From: an uncultured virus (IMG/VR IMGVR_UViG_3300046009_005838) | Taxonomy: Duplodnaviria > Heunggongvirae > Uroviricota > Caudoviricetes | Strand: one strand, 5' to 3' | IMG/VR virus record: IMGVR_UViG_3300046009_005838 | Length of the DNA: 64,000 nt | Part shown: positions 1 through 8,025 of the stretch, one piece after another | How the letters are laid out: the number at the start of each line of letters is the position of its first letter | Position numbering within the stretch: the stretch's first letter is position 1 | The notes under the pieces: model-generated | Seen by the model: the letters and a program-made list of their open reading frames with translations, nothing else | Database searches by the model: none | Told to the model about the DNA's origin: nothing | Made by a program: the position numbers and the translations under genes

Positions 1-129
1 GGCAAAGGACCGCAGACTTACAGGACCTTTGCCGACACCAAAGCCGAAGCAAAATCAAAAGTTTGCGCCTTCATGCAGACCGAACCAAACTCAATTCACT
101 CAGTTAAAAAACTAAAAAACTAAACGACC

Positions 130-426
130 ATGAAAATATATCAGCTAGTTTCCTATGTTAACGCATGGAATAAAAGAAAAAAAGAATGGGAATCGCTTCG
201 ATCTGAAACCACTGTTTATGTTGGCAAAGTAGGACTTAAAACAGCAACCGAACATTTTGAGCGAGAAGTTCATAAATACAAAGAATTAACCACTCAAGGC
301 AACTGGAATAAGTACGGAGAAACGCGAGGTAAAGTAGAGCTTCACGAACCGCATGTTCACGAAAACGGAACGCTCGCATATTGGGGCGACAAAATTATCC
401 TTTCACATAATCCTGAAAACATTTAA
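130..426 (+). CDS. hypothetical early protein
   Basis: 98-aa ORF directly preceded by AAACGACC, in the + strand early cluster. Confidence 0.7.
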   Translation: MKIYQLVSYVNAWNKRKKEWESLRSETTVYVGKVGLKTATEHFEREVHKYKELTTQGNWNKYGETRGKVELHEPHVHENGTLAYWGDKIILSHNPENI

Positions 427-438
427 CAACTAAACACC

Positions 439-717
439 ATGCAAACGACCGAACTAAGAGTAACAGACACCGCAGGAGGACACCAATTTGCCATCGTTGA
501 TGATAGCACAGGACAAGACATTGCCCTCGTTTACAACAGAAACGAACAAAGCAAAGAGACCGCACAACTTTTGGCAGCAGCCCCCGAATTGTTGGAAGCA
601 TTACAAAAACTAATTGATGACATTGAATATTCAAAAGACGTTATACCAATGGGAGCAATAGGGAATCGACAAATCAAATCAGCTAAAGCAGCAATCCAAA
701 AAGCCACACAATCATGA
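439..717 (+). CDS. hypothetical early protein (AAAPELLEAL-type small phage protein)
   Basis: Contains 'AQLLAAAPELLEALQ', a motif common in small phage proteins. Confidence 0.75.
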   Translation: MQTTELRVTDTAGGHQFAIVDDSTGQDIALVYNRNEQSKETAQLLAAAPELLEALQKLIDDIEYSKDVIPMGAIGNRQIKSAKAAIQKATQS

Positions 718-893
718 AAAACAATTCCCTCACAATCATCAAAGCAATTGCAGTATTGCTAGTGATTATCTCATTCCTTTCCTCTTGCAAATCTTCTCAC
801 GGATGCGGAGGTATCTGCTCCAATCATGGAAAGAAACAAGGCAAGTACACATCAATAAAGAAGAACTCTAACTCTTACAAAAATAGATTTTAG
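714..893 (+). CDS. small putative lipoprotein (59 aa, not in ORF track)
   Basis: Read by hand: MKNNSLTIIKAIAVLLVIISFLSSCKSSHGCGG...; hydrophobic stretch plus LSSC lipobox; ATGA overlap with the upstream stop. Confidence 0.65.
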   Translation: MKNNSLTIIKAIAVLLVIISFLSSCKSSHGCGGICSNHGKKQGKYTSIKKNSNSYKNRF

Positions 894-895
894 CT

Positions 896-1039
896 ATGAA
901 AGCATTCATCCAATCCAAAATTCACAACCGCATAAATGCCAGGGCAGCAGCCAAGGCAAACCAATGCCAACTCTACACACATTCAGACGTGATGTTTTTA
1001 CGCCAAATAAAACCAATTATAGCAGCATTAAAAGCCTGA
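896..1039 (+). CDS. small hypothetical protein (47 aa, not in ORF track)
   Basis: MKAFIQSKIHNRINARAAAK...; fills the gap in a tightly packed operon. Confidence 0.5.
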   Translation: MKAFIQSKIHNRINARAAAKANQCQLYTHSDVMFLRQIKPIIAALKA

Positions 1040-1042
1040 TAT

Positions 1043-1171
1043 ATGCCACGCAAACGACCAACCCCAACGAGGAAACTAGAATTCCATTTATTTTACGAAC
1101 TGTCTAAGGTCAACAGGCAGATAAAGAGATTGACCGCTGAGAAAACAACAACTAAAGACCAAACCAAATGA
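1043..1171 (+). CDS. small basic hypothetical protein (42 aa, not in ORF track)
   Basis: MPRKRPTPTRKLEFHLFYELSK...; its stop overlaps the next ATG (ATGA). Confidence 0.55.
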   Translation: MPRKRPTPTRKLEFHLFYELSKVNRQIKRLTAEKTTTKDQTK

Positions 1172-1563
1172 CCGAACCAATTTACGTGATCGAAACGCAT
1201 ACGGGCAAACGATACCCATGCTTCACAGACCAAGAACTGAAAGACACCACACGCTGGTTAGACCGAAAGAACATTGATTTCTACAAACGCACCGCGAAGG
1301 AAACCAAGACAATGTTCAACGACCGCGACCAGGAACCTAACATTTCCAAATACTTGACAACCGATTTATTTGAATTGTCAGCCAAGACCGCAGCGAATGA
1401 ACTATTGACAGCCCAACAAACAGACGAATTAAGCCGTTTAATTAAGTTTTTAGCGATGATCTTACAGCAAGCAGAGGAAAGTATAGTTCTGAAAGATTGC
1501 GCTCGTTATATAGCCTCTATTCAATCCAAAAGTTTCAGACACAATTCAAATATGCTATCATGA
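1168..1563 (+). CDS. hypothetical protein
   Basis: 131-aa ORF, translationally coupled to its neighbours. Confidence 0.7.
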   Translation: MTEPIYVIETHTGKRYPCFTDQELKDTTRWLDRKNIDFYKRTAKETKTMFNDRDQEPNISKYLTTDLFELSAKTAANELLTAQQTDELSRLIKFLAMILQQAEESIVLKDCARYIASIQSKSFRHNSNMLS

Positions 1564-1717
1564 TCTCAGACCTAGTAATCTACAAAGGCAATTCAGGACT
1601 GATTAAATTCGGCAGCGTATGCAAAGTACATTCATGCAGCGTTGACCGCAGACTGATCGTAGTTTCGTACTGGAAAACATTTGCCACCTTACCGGCCATT
1701 CAATTCGAGAACGTCCC

Positions 1718-1924
1718 ATGAGAATAGCAATTGCAACGGGATACGGAACGGCAATGAAGTTTGTCACCTCCCACAAAGGACCATACCAAATGACCACCGA
1801 TATGCATAGCGCGGACACCTTTGACACAGAAGCCGAAGCAAATTCAGTTATTCAGAAATTACCATTACCAATCAAACAAAGACAACCCCGAACCGTAACA
1901 CTTTCAAAACAATTTAAGCCATGA
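1718..1924 (+). CDS. hypothetical protein
   Basis: 68-aa ORF with ATGA overlaps. Confidence 0.6.
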   Translation: MRIAIATGYGTAMKFVTSHKGPYQMTTDMHSADTFDTEAEANSVIQKLPLPIKQRQPRTVTLSKQFKP

Positions 1925-2154
1925 CACTAACACGCACCTACACACCGCTACCAATGTTCGCCATAGACGGACTGAGAATTGACCGCCACACCTTTATCAA
2001 CATACTCAAACTCTGCACACGAGCTGGCATTGAGCCAACGGATATAAGCGAAGGCGCGGCTGCATCCTGGAATATTTCCAACTTGCCATCCGAAGCTATT
2101 GAGCAAGCAAAGAGAATGTCAACTGAAAGATTTGCCGCGTATGAAGCCAAGTAA
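1921..2154 (+). CDS. hypothetical protein
   Basis: 77-aa ORF with ATGA overlap. Confidence 0.6.
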   Translation: MTLTRTYTPLPMFAIDGLRIDRHTFINILKLCTRAGIEPTDISEGAAASWNISNLPSEAIEQAKRMSTERFAAYEAK

Positions 2155-2233
2155 ATCCGAGAAGGCATTTGCCTACACATTACTTGCAATTGCACTGTCA
2201 TGGTTAGCCTTCTGCTTTATTTTCTAACACCTA

Positions 2234-2264
2234 TTGCACAATCAAAAAATCCAACTTACATTTG
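2234..2264 (+). promoter_or_regulatory. Bacteroidetes sigma-A-type promoter (-33 TTG / -7 TAnnTTTG)
   Basis: TTG at 2234-2236 and TACATTTG at 2257-2264, upstream of ATG 2288. Confidence 0.65.
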
Positions 2265-2287
2265 TAATCCAATTCAAAACGACCAAA

Positions 2288-2479
2288 ATGAAACGACTAC
2301 TTAATTACTTTTTTTCTAGCCGTCCAACGGCACACCAACTTTGGAAGCAAGATTGCGCCCAAGGAGTTAAAGCTATTCTCACTCAAGAAGGAGGAAAGCG
2401 AAGCGAGATACACTCACAACTTGTTGCCCTCAAGCAGTCATTGACCGGAACGACTGCACCAATTTCAAATGTTAAGTGA
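2288..2479 (+). CDS. hypothetical protein (start revised to ATG 2288)
   Basis: MKRLLNYFFSS...; preceded by a promoter and AAACGACCAA. Confidence 0.6.
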   Translation: MKRLLNYFFSSRPTAHQLWKQDCAQGVKAILTQEGGKRSEIHSQLVALKQSLTGTTAPISNVK

Positions 2480-2666
2480 GATGGACAGCGAACTCAAAAA
2501 ACTATTCGAGGAAGTATTCAAGAATGTTGACCTTGAAAACTTTTCAGCAGAACACAAGGACGGCAATATACATATCCGAACCAACGGACTGTATCTTGTA
2601 ATGCCAGAGGATGCCTACCATGAAATGATAAAGACTTCATTGAAATCTAAAACCACTGAGCTATGA
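2469..2666 (+). CDS. hypothetical protein
   Basis: 65-aa ORF in the operon. Confidence 0.55.
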   Translation: MLSEMDSELKKLFEEVFKNVDLENFSAEHKDGNIHIRTNGLYLVMPEDAYHEMIKTSLKSKTTEL

Positions 2667-2753
2667 AGATTTTATTTTTCTACATTCAAGTCTTCCTTGT
2701 CAGCTTGCTTCAAGTTACATTGATAACTATTTTCAAACCACTAAATAAATAGC

Positions 2754-2957
2754 ATGACCATAGGACAACTGATTAAACAGGAACTCAAGAATCAAAACAT
2801 GAGGCAGAGTTTCCTTGCCAACGCAACGGGCATATCGAAGAACACCATTTCATCTATCTGCTCGGACAAGCACCGACCTTACGATGATACCATTGATAAA
2901 ATCTGCAAGGTATTGAAGGTAAAACTTTCTTTTTATTTTGAACCGATTGAATCCTGA
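2754..2957 (+). CDS. XRE/Cro-like helix-turn-helix transcriptional regulator
   Basis: 'IGQLIKQELKNQNMRQSFLANATGISKNTISSICSDKHRP...TIDKICKVL' fits the HTH_3 pattern. Confidence 0.85.
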   Translation: MTIGQLIKQELKNQNMRQSFLANATGISKNTISSICSDKHRPYDDTIDKICKVLKVKLSFYFEPIES

Positions 2958-3517
2958 TGCCACCGAAAACACACAAGCAATACCAAGAAGGATCCTTCGA
3001 AGCTAACTTCCACGAGATAGCCGATCCGCTGCTTATTGCCCTCGATGACCGCATTACAAACTTGACTGATAGGTTCAACGTCCAAAAGAGAATCAACCAA
3101 GAGGCACAGGTTCGCATCAAAGCCCAGGACGCAACCATCCGAGCAATGCAACGGGAACTTGCCGACCTACAAAGGCTGCACAGCCCACAAGTAATTGCAA
3201 GGATACAGAACAAAAGCGTTAACAGCATTCGGGACCAAGTAATTGACCACCTGAAAGAGAATTTCGAGAACGCAGGGAGCATACCCAAGCACGTGCTTAT
3301 TTCTGGGGGAGGCTTCACGCTGACAAACCTTCGCAATTATATTGCTAACCGATTCAGCGCGGACTATTCAAGCCGAAAGATTGTCAGCACTCAGGCGATG
3401 ACAAAGATAGTTCACGAGGCAGGATTGAACTCAGAGATTGAAACGCATGATCTCCTGATGCCTGACACTACCACGCAGCGATTTAGATTTTACAGAATTA
3501 AACTTAAACAGAAGTAA
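2957..3517 (+). CDS. hypothetical protein (coiled-coil N-half)
   Basis: 186-aa ORF between the XRE gene and the recombinase. Confidence 0.7.
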   Translation: MPPKTHKQYQEGSFEANFHEIADPLLIALDDRITNLTDRFNVQKRINQEAQVRIKAQDATIRAMQRELADLQRLHSPQVIARIQNKSVNSIRDQVIDHLKENFENAGSIPKHVLISGGGFTLTNLRNYIANRFSADYSSRKIVSTQAMTKIVHEAGLNSEIETHDLLMPDTTTQRFRFYRIKLKQK

Positions 3518-3527
3518 CCAAACGACC

Positions 3528-4256
3528 ATGGAAGCAAAAGCATACGGCATAGCACGAGTAAGCACGGGCAAGCAAGTGAAGTTCGGAGCATCCCTCGAAA
3601 TGCAAAACACAACAGTTCACCGCATGGCAAATGCCAACTCAGAAGAGATTGCTCACATCTTTGTCGATGAAGGAGTAAGCGGAGGCGAATCTACAAAGCG
3701 AGTTGAGTACACCAAACTAAAAGAGTTAATCAAAGCTGGCGCAGTGAAGTCAATCTATTGCTACCACATGAGCCGGTACGGACGTAACTTTGAAGAGCTT
3801 CAAGTGTTTTGGAAACTTTGCGAGAAGAATAATGTTCGCATCTTCCACGACCAAGATCATTTTGATTACCGAGGAACGATGGGCAAGTTCATGCGAAACA
3901 TAATGGGCACCATGGCAGAGTTCATCAAAGACACCGCATCCGACACTACATCTTCCACCCTGCAGTCAATGAAGCGAAGCGGGAGAAAGTATTCAGTGAC
4001 ACCTTATGGCTTCCGAGTTGTCAACGTCCGCAAGGATGATGATGGTAACGTGGTTTACAAGGGAGATTTAGAACCTTGCCCAACAGAAAGCGTTACAGTA
4101 AACAGAATGATATTCAGCAAAGAAAGCGGAGCATCTTTATCTTCAATAGCTGCAGGACTAAATGCTCTCGGAATCAAACCTCGCTGGGGCAAGAAATGGT
4201 CGCACTCGAATGTAGCTAGCGTGATTAATACTTACAAATCTTTGACTGAGAAATGA
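3528..4256 (+). CDS. serine recombinase (resolvase catalytic domain plus recombinase DNA-binding domain)
   Basis: 'YGIARVSTGKQ' catalytic Ser motif, 'DEGVSG', 'SRYGRN', then 'PYGFR...SLSSIAAGLNALGIKPRWGKKWSHSNV'. Confidence 0.9.
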   Translation: MEAKAYGIARVSTGKQVKFGASLEMQNTTVHRMANANSEEIAHIFVDEGVSGGESTKRVEYTKLKELIKAGAVKSIYCYHMSRYGRNFEELQVFWKLCEKNNVRIFHDQDHFDYRGTMGKFMRNIMGTMAEFIKDTASDTTSSTLQSMKRSGRKYSVTPYGFRVVNVRKDDDGNVVYKGDLEPCPTESVTVNRMIFSKESGASLSSIAAGLNALGIKPRWGKKWSHSNVASVINTYKSLTEK

Positions 4257-5617
4257 GAACCTTGCTTTTGATCTTGCTTTCTCTGAATCTTTCTGCCCAA
4301 GAAAATAGATGGTGGCACGTGGGAGGAAACATGAGGCTTGACTTTGCCACAAATCCGCCAACAGTTACAGCGGGAGGCTGCGTGAATACGACCGAAGGCT
4401 GCGCTTCTATTTCCGATGCAGCAGGCAACTTCTTGTTCGCAACGGACGGAGTTACGGCTTACAGTTCGAATTGCTCAATTATGGCCAACGGAACATTGCT
4501 TTCGGGAGGTGCAAGCTCAACCCAGTCGGCAATCATTGTCAAGAATCCTGTGCTGCCAAACATTTACTACATCTTCACAGCTTCTCAGGATGCTAGCGCG
4601 CCAGGCATTGCTTACTCAGAAGTCAACATGACACTCAATGCAGGACTTGGAGCAGTAACGGGCAACAAAAACATATTGCTCACTCCTGGATTAATTATGA
4701 GCGAGAAGTTGACAACTGCCTTGCATTGCAACGGTGAAGATGTTTGGGTAATTTCCAAACGATGGCAGTCGAATAACTATATGGCTTGGCTAGTTACCGG
4801 ATTGGGAGTTAACACAGTTCCGATAGTTTCTTCTGCAGGCTTCACGCCAAATCTTCCAAGCGGAGTTTCTTACGGGCAACTGAAAGCATCACCTTCGGGA
4901 ACAAAATTGGCTGCAGCTTATTATGGTTTCGCAGGAGGCTATGGTAACACAGGAGAGATTTGCGACTTCAACCGAGCAACGGGGCAAGTAACGAATCCTA
5001 TTTCGCTTGGAACAATTACGGGATTGTATGGAATTGAATGGTCACCAAGCGGAGAGATATTGTACGCTGCCACCAACCAAGGACTGCTTTATCAATGGCA
5101 AGTTTGCGTTAGCAATATTCCTGCAACTAGAACTCTAATTGCCAACACAGGACCGTTCTTTGGATCATTGCAGACATCACCTTACGGTCAGATAATCCTT
5201 GCCAAAGGAACGGCAACACGACACGCTTGCATACGGAATCCAGAAGGCATAGGCGCTGCCTGTTTGTTTACAGATAATTACTATGGGTTAATTGTTGGAT
5301 CTCGGATGGGACTGCCGAATTTCCGCCCTGACTTTATCTTCCAAGATCCGCAAGCATTTCAATTCAATGATGTAAATTGTCTTGCAATTCAGTTCATTTC
5401 TCCCCCTGAAACTTGTACAAGCGAACAAGTTATTTCTTACCTTTGGGACTTCGAAGATGGAACGACCTCAACACTTGCCAACCCTATTCATGCCTTTCCT
5501 AATTCATCGCCTCGGAACGTCACGTTAACGATCAATTACCAGTGCCGAAGCATAACTTTGTCTGCCAATGTCAACCCGATTGGAGGATTGTTTGGAGGCT
5601 TAATATTTATGAATTAA
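4253..5617 (+). CDS. secreted Bacteroidetes-type surface protein (beta-propeller-like repeats plus PKD domain)
   Basis: Signal peptide ending LSA|Q; 'EGCASISDAAGNFLFATDG', 'YYIFT', 'GIEWSPSG'; PKD motif 'YLWDFEDGTTSTLANPIHAF'. Confidence 0.75.
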   Translation: MRTLLLILLSLNLSAQENRWWHVGGNMRLDFATNPPTVTAGGCVNTTEGCASISDAAGNFLFATDGVTAYSSNCSIMANGTLLSGGASSTQSAIIVKNPVLPNIYYIFTASQDASAPGIAYSEVNMTLNAGLGAVTGNKNILLTPGLIMSEKLTTALHCNGEDVWVISKRWQSNNYMAWLVTGLGVNTVPIVSSAGFTPNLPSGVSYGQLKASPSGTKLAAAYYGFAGGYGNTGEICDFNRATGQVTNPISLGTITGLYGIEWSPSGEILYAATNQGLLYQWQVCVSNIPATRTLIANTGPFFGSLQTSPYGQIILAKGTATRHACIRNPEGIGAACLFTDNYYGLIVGSRMGLPNFRPDFIFQDPQAFQFNDVNCLAIQFISPPETCTSEQVISYLWDFEDGTTSTLANPIHAFPNSSPRNVTLTINYQCRSITLSANVNPIGGLFGGLIFMN

Positions 5618-5655
5618 GAAAATAGCATAGGCTTACAACTGAAACACCAAAACGA

Positions 5656-5853
5656 ATGACACCAAAAGAAAAAGCTGAAAACCTATTAGATTTTTATAGG
5701 AACTATAGGTTCCACATACATGAGGTAGATTGCAGGATCATGGCATTAAATGCTGTGAAGCACATCCTCTCTGTGCTGCACGATTCGCAAAGTGGTGCTT
5801 ACGAATACTGGAAAGAGGTAGAAAAAGAACTTGAAGTAACTAACCAACTCTAA
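5656..5853 (+). CDS. hypothetical protein (MTPKEKA-type)
   Basis: 'MTPKEKA...YWKEVEKEL' resembles small ORFs of Bacteroidetes phages. Confidence 0.7.
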   Translation: MTPKEKAENLLDFYRNYRFHIHEVDCRIMALNAVKHILSVLHDSQSGAYEYWKEVEKELEVTNQL

Positions 5854-5865
5854 ACACAACGAACA

Positions 5866-6210
5866 ATGACCAATCAGAAACTATTTGAAGCCCTTGAACG
5901 GCTATGTGGATTTACCGTACTTCAATCTGATATGTTTGAGATTATTCGTGCGGTAGAAGCGGATAAGATGCCAATGACCGAAACGATTGAACAAGCAGCT
6001 GAAAGATTATATCCATTTGCTCTTGGTGGTATAGGTAATTCGGAGGATGATAGAAAAAATCATTTTATAAAAGGCGCTAAATGGCAACAAGAAAGAATGT
6101 ATAGTGAGGAAGAAGTGTTAGATATTTTAGATAAACTTTTAACATCAATGGTTAAAGGTGAAAAAACAGGCTTAATGGAACATTGGTTTAAACAATTCAA
6201 AAAGAAATAA
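5866..6210 (+). CDS. hypothetical protein
   Basis: 'ETIEQAAERLY...FIKGAKWQQERMYSEEEV...WFKQFKKK', a recurrent small-phage-protein pattern. Confidence 0.75.
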   Translation: MTNQKLFEALERLCGFTVLQSDMFEIIRAVEADKMPMTETIEQAAERLYPFALGGIGNSEDDRKNHFIKGAKWQQERMYSEEEVLDILDKLLTSMVKGEKTGLMEHWFKQFKKK

Positions 6211-6358
6211 TATGAAACAAATATTAAAAGCATACTTTGTAGAATGTATGTTATTTCAATCAGACAAGCCATTTAATTGGTTTCTTGGAGGAGTGCAATG
6301 GTGTGTTTTTATATGGTGTTTATTTTAATACAATAATTTAAAAAGAAATAATATGAAA
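6194..6358 (+). repeat. 24-bp near-perfect direct repeat at gene junctions
   Basis: AATT(C/T)AAAAAGAAATAATATGAAA at 6194-6217 and 6335-6358, flanking a 38-aa mini-ORF at 6212-6328. Confidence 0.75.
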
Positions 6359-6583
6359 AAGCAAACAGCCGTTGAGTGGTTAGCGGAACAAGTAAATTCT
6401 GATTGTCTAAACTCGGTTTTTATAAGACCTGACCTAATAAAACACGCCAAAGCAATGGAGAAGGAGCAGATAATTGATGCGTTTGGCGTTGGTTGTCAAG
6501 TTGAATCAACAAGACTAATTGGCTATCACAAAATGGCAGAACAATACTACAACGAAACATTCACCGAAACTAAAAACGATTGA
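6353..6583 (+). CDS. hypothetical protein (KQTAVEWL-type)
   Basis: 'MKKQTAVEWL...AKAMEKEQIIDA...AEQYYNETF'. Confidence 0.75.
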   Translation: MKKQTAVEWLAEQVNSDCLNSVFIRPDLIKHAKAMEKEQIIDAFGVGCQVESTRLIGYHKMAEQYYNETFTETKND

Positions 6584-6594
6584 GATGATTTTAA

Positions 6595-6632
6595 TAAAAA
6601 AGCCTCGGAGAAATTCGGGGCTTTATTTTTTT
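6595..6632 (+). terminator. intrinsic terminator of the early operon
   Basis: AAAGCCTCGGA-GAAA-TTCGGGGCTTT stem-loop followed by a T-run. Confidence 0.8.
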
Positions 6633-6637
6633 ATTCA

Positions 6638-6667
6638 TTGCATCTTTCTTTGACTTTACTATCTTTG
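6638..6667 (+). promoter_or_regulatory. Bacteroidetes-type promoter driving the putative sRNA
   Basis: TTG at 6638-6640 and TATCTTTG at 6660-6667. Confidence 0.7.
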
Positions 6668-6671
6668 CAGG

Positions 6672-6751
6672 CAGAAAGTCTTTCTTGGTCGTTTGGCTTT
6701 CATCTTCCAAGCCGGAACAATCTTTTATGGTTGTTTCGGTTTTGTTTTTTT
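6672..6751 (+). ncRNA. putative small regulatory RNA (~80 nt)
   Basis: Own promoter; hairpin 1 GAAAGTC/GGCTTTC with 14-nt loop TTTCTTGGTCGTTT; hairpin 2 AAGCCGGAACAATC/GGTTGTTTCGGTTT plus T-tract (terminator); no credible ORF. Confidence 0.6.
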
Positions 6752-6785
6752 ATAGGTATATTTACGCCCAAAATATGTTTAAAAG

Positions 6786-7055
6786 ATGAGCCAAAGAGTA
6801 GCAAGAGGTCGCGTGTTTCAAGTTGACAACATGGACCGTAAATTCGGTGAAAATTTAACATACAATTTTGTATTCTTCGAAGACACAAGGGATGACAAAG
6901 GAAGAACTTGCGAGGACGGAGAACAATTACCAACAGAATATCCGTTATTGTTTACAGACAATGAAATCCAAGTTGCAAGGCAACGTGCGCTGAGAAACAA
7001 AGAAGATTTGTTGGAGAAGGATTTTCTCACAGACTTAACTGACGATTTGTTCTAG
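6786..7055 (+). CDS. hypothetical protein
   Basis: 89-aa ORF preceded by the promoter-like TATATTTAC (6757-6765). Confidence 0.75.
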   Translation: MSQRVARGRVFQVDNMDRKFGENLTYNFVFFEDTRDDKGRTCEDGEQLPTEYPLLFTDNEIQVARQRALRNKEDLLEKDFLTDLTDDLF

Positions 7056-7079
7056 CTACTTACCACTATTGCCTTTTAT

Positions 7080-7310
7080 ATGAAGTCATTGGAGTTTATT
7101 TCGCGCATAACACTTGAAGACATAGAATTCTATTCAGTTAACGCATTAGTAGGAATAGGTTCCATATTCACTCCTTGGCTGCAAGACTTAAAGGAAGTTT
7201 TAGGCGTTGTCGTTCTTGTTTCAGTTGTCATATACAATTATTGGAAGATAAGAAATGAACGCAAGCGCCATAAAAAGGATTCTCACAATACTCCTGCTGA
7301 CGACAAGTAG
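7080..7310 (+). CDS. small membrane protein, possibly holin-like
   Basis: Hydrophobic segments ('VLGVVVLVSVVIYNYW') followed by a basic/charged tail. Confidence 0.5.
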   Translation: MKSLEFISRITLEDIEFYSVNALVGIGSIFTPWLQDLKEVLGVVVLVSVVIYNYWKIRNERKRHKKDSHNTPADDK

Positions 7311-8025
7311 GCTAGTAAGTCAGTGCGATTCCGTTTGGAATGAAATGCTTTGGGCGAATAGCCCGACAACCGCTTCACTTTTATTTGGAGGCTATTGCTA
7401 TTCAGGAAACATTCAAGACACAACACTTTGCTTTTACCTTTTGCCCGAAGGCAATGGTGGCTTTATAGGATATGGCTTCACCTCTCCAGAGGGTTACAAT
7501 GTAGAGCTTATCTACACTTCGCAATACGATTCTGAATGCATCTTCTTTGATGACGGTCTTGTGTTCCAAAACCAGAATGCATCCTTCGATACTGTCTTTG
7601 TTTGCTTCGAACTGAGAACTGCTTACATTGATAACTTCTGCCCGTACTTCACTCCGTACATTGGCTTGGCAATTACTATTGGAGAATTCTCCGCATCAAT
7701 ATCGGAAGGAAATCTTGTCGTTAACTTGCAAACGCTATCAGAAACCAACTCAGACAAGGTGTTTTTGCAATGGTCATCTGATGCCATTAATTTCTATGAT
7801 CTTGATTGGAAGAAAGCATCTGGTAATTCAAGCAAAGAACGGTGGTATAAATTCACCAACAAGCCTCCGATGTTTGGAATTGTTTACTTGAGAATAAAGG
7901 AACTCGATCTAAATGGAAACTTGAATTATTCTGAAACCATTCCTTTCTTCCTAGAAATGCCTAATTGGAACATCATTCCCAATAGGTTTGGCTACTATGA
8001 TATTATTGGCAGAAGAACCAAGTAG
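7255..8025 (+). CDS. secreted protein with the Ig-like module typical of T9SS cargo
   Basis: Signal peptide ending LVS|Q; 'LAITIGEFSAS...LQTLSETNSDKVFLQWSSDA...YLRIKELDLNGNLNYSET' resembles the LPVEL..F/W.T.SE.N..F...S.DG module; ends 'YYDIIGRRTK'. Confidence 0.65.
   Translation: MNASAIKRILTILLLTTSRLVSQCDSVWNEMLWANSPTTASLLFGGYCYSGNIQDTTLCFYLLPEGNGGFIGYGFTSPEGYNVELIYTSQYDSECIFFDDGLVFQNQNASFDTVFVCFELRTAYIDNFCPYFTPYIGLAITIGEFSASISEGNLVVNLQTLSETNSDKVFLQWSSDAINFYDLDWKKASGNSSKERWYKFTNKPPMFGIVYLRIKELDLNGNLNYSETIPFFLEMPNWNIIPNRFGYYDIIGRRTK

Noticed and set aside
6638..6826. 62-aa ORF in the track spanning the putative sRNA
   Set aside because: Its TTG start coincides with the promoter -33 element, it runs through a terminator, and it overlaps the next gene
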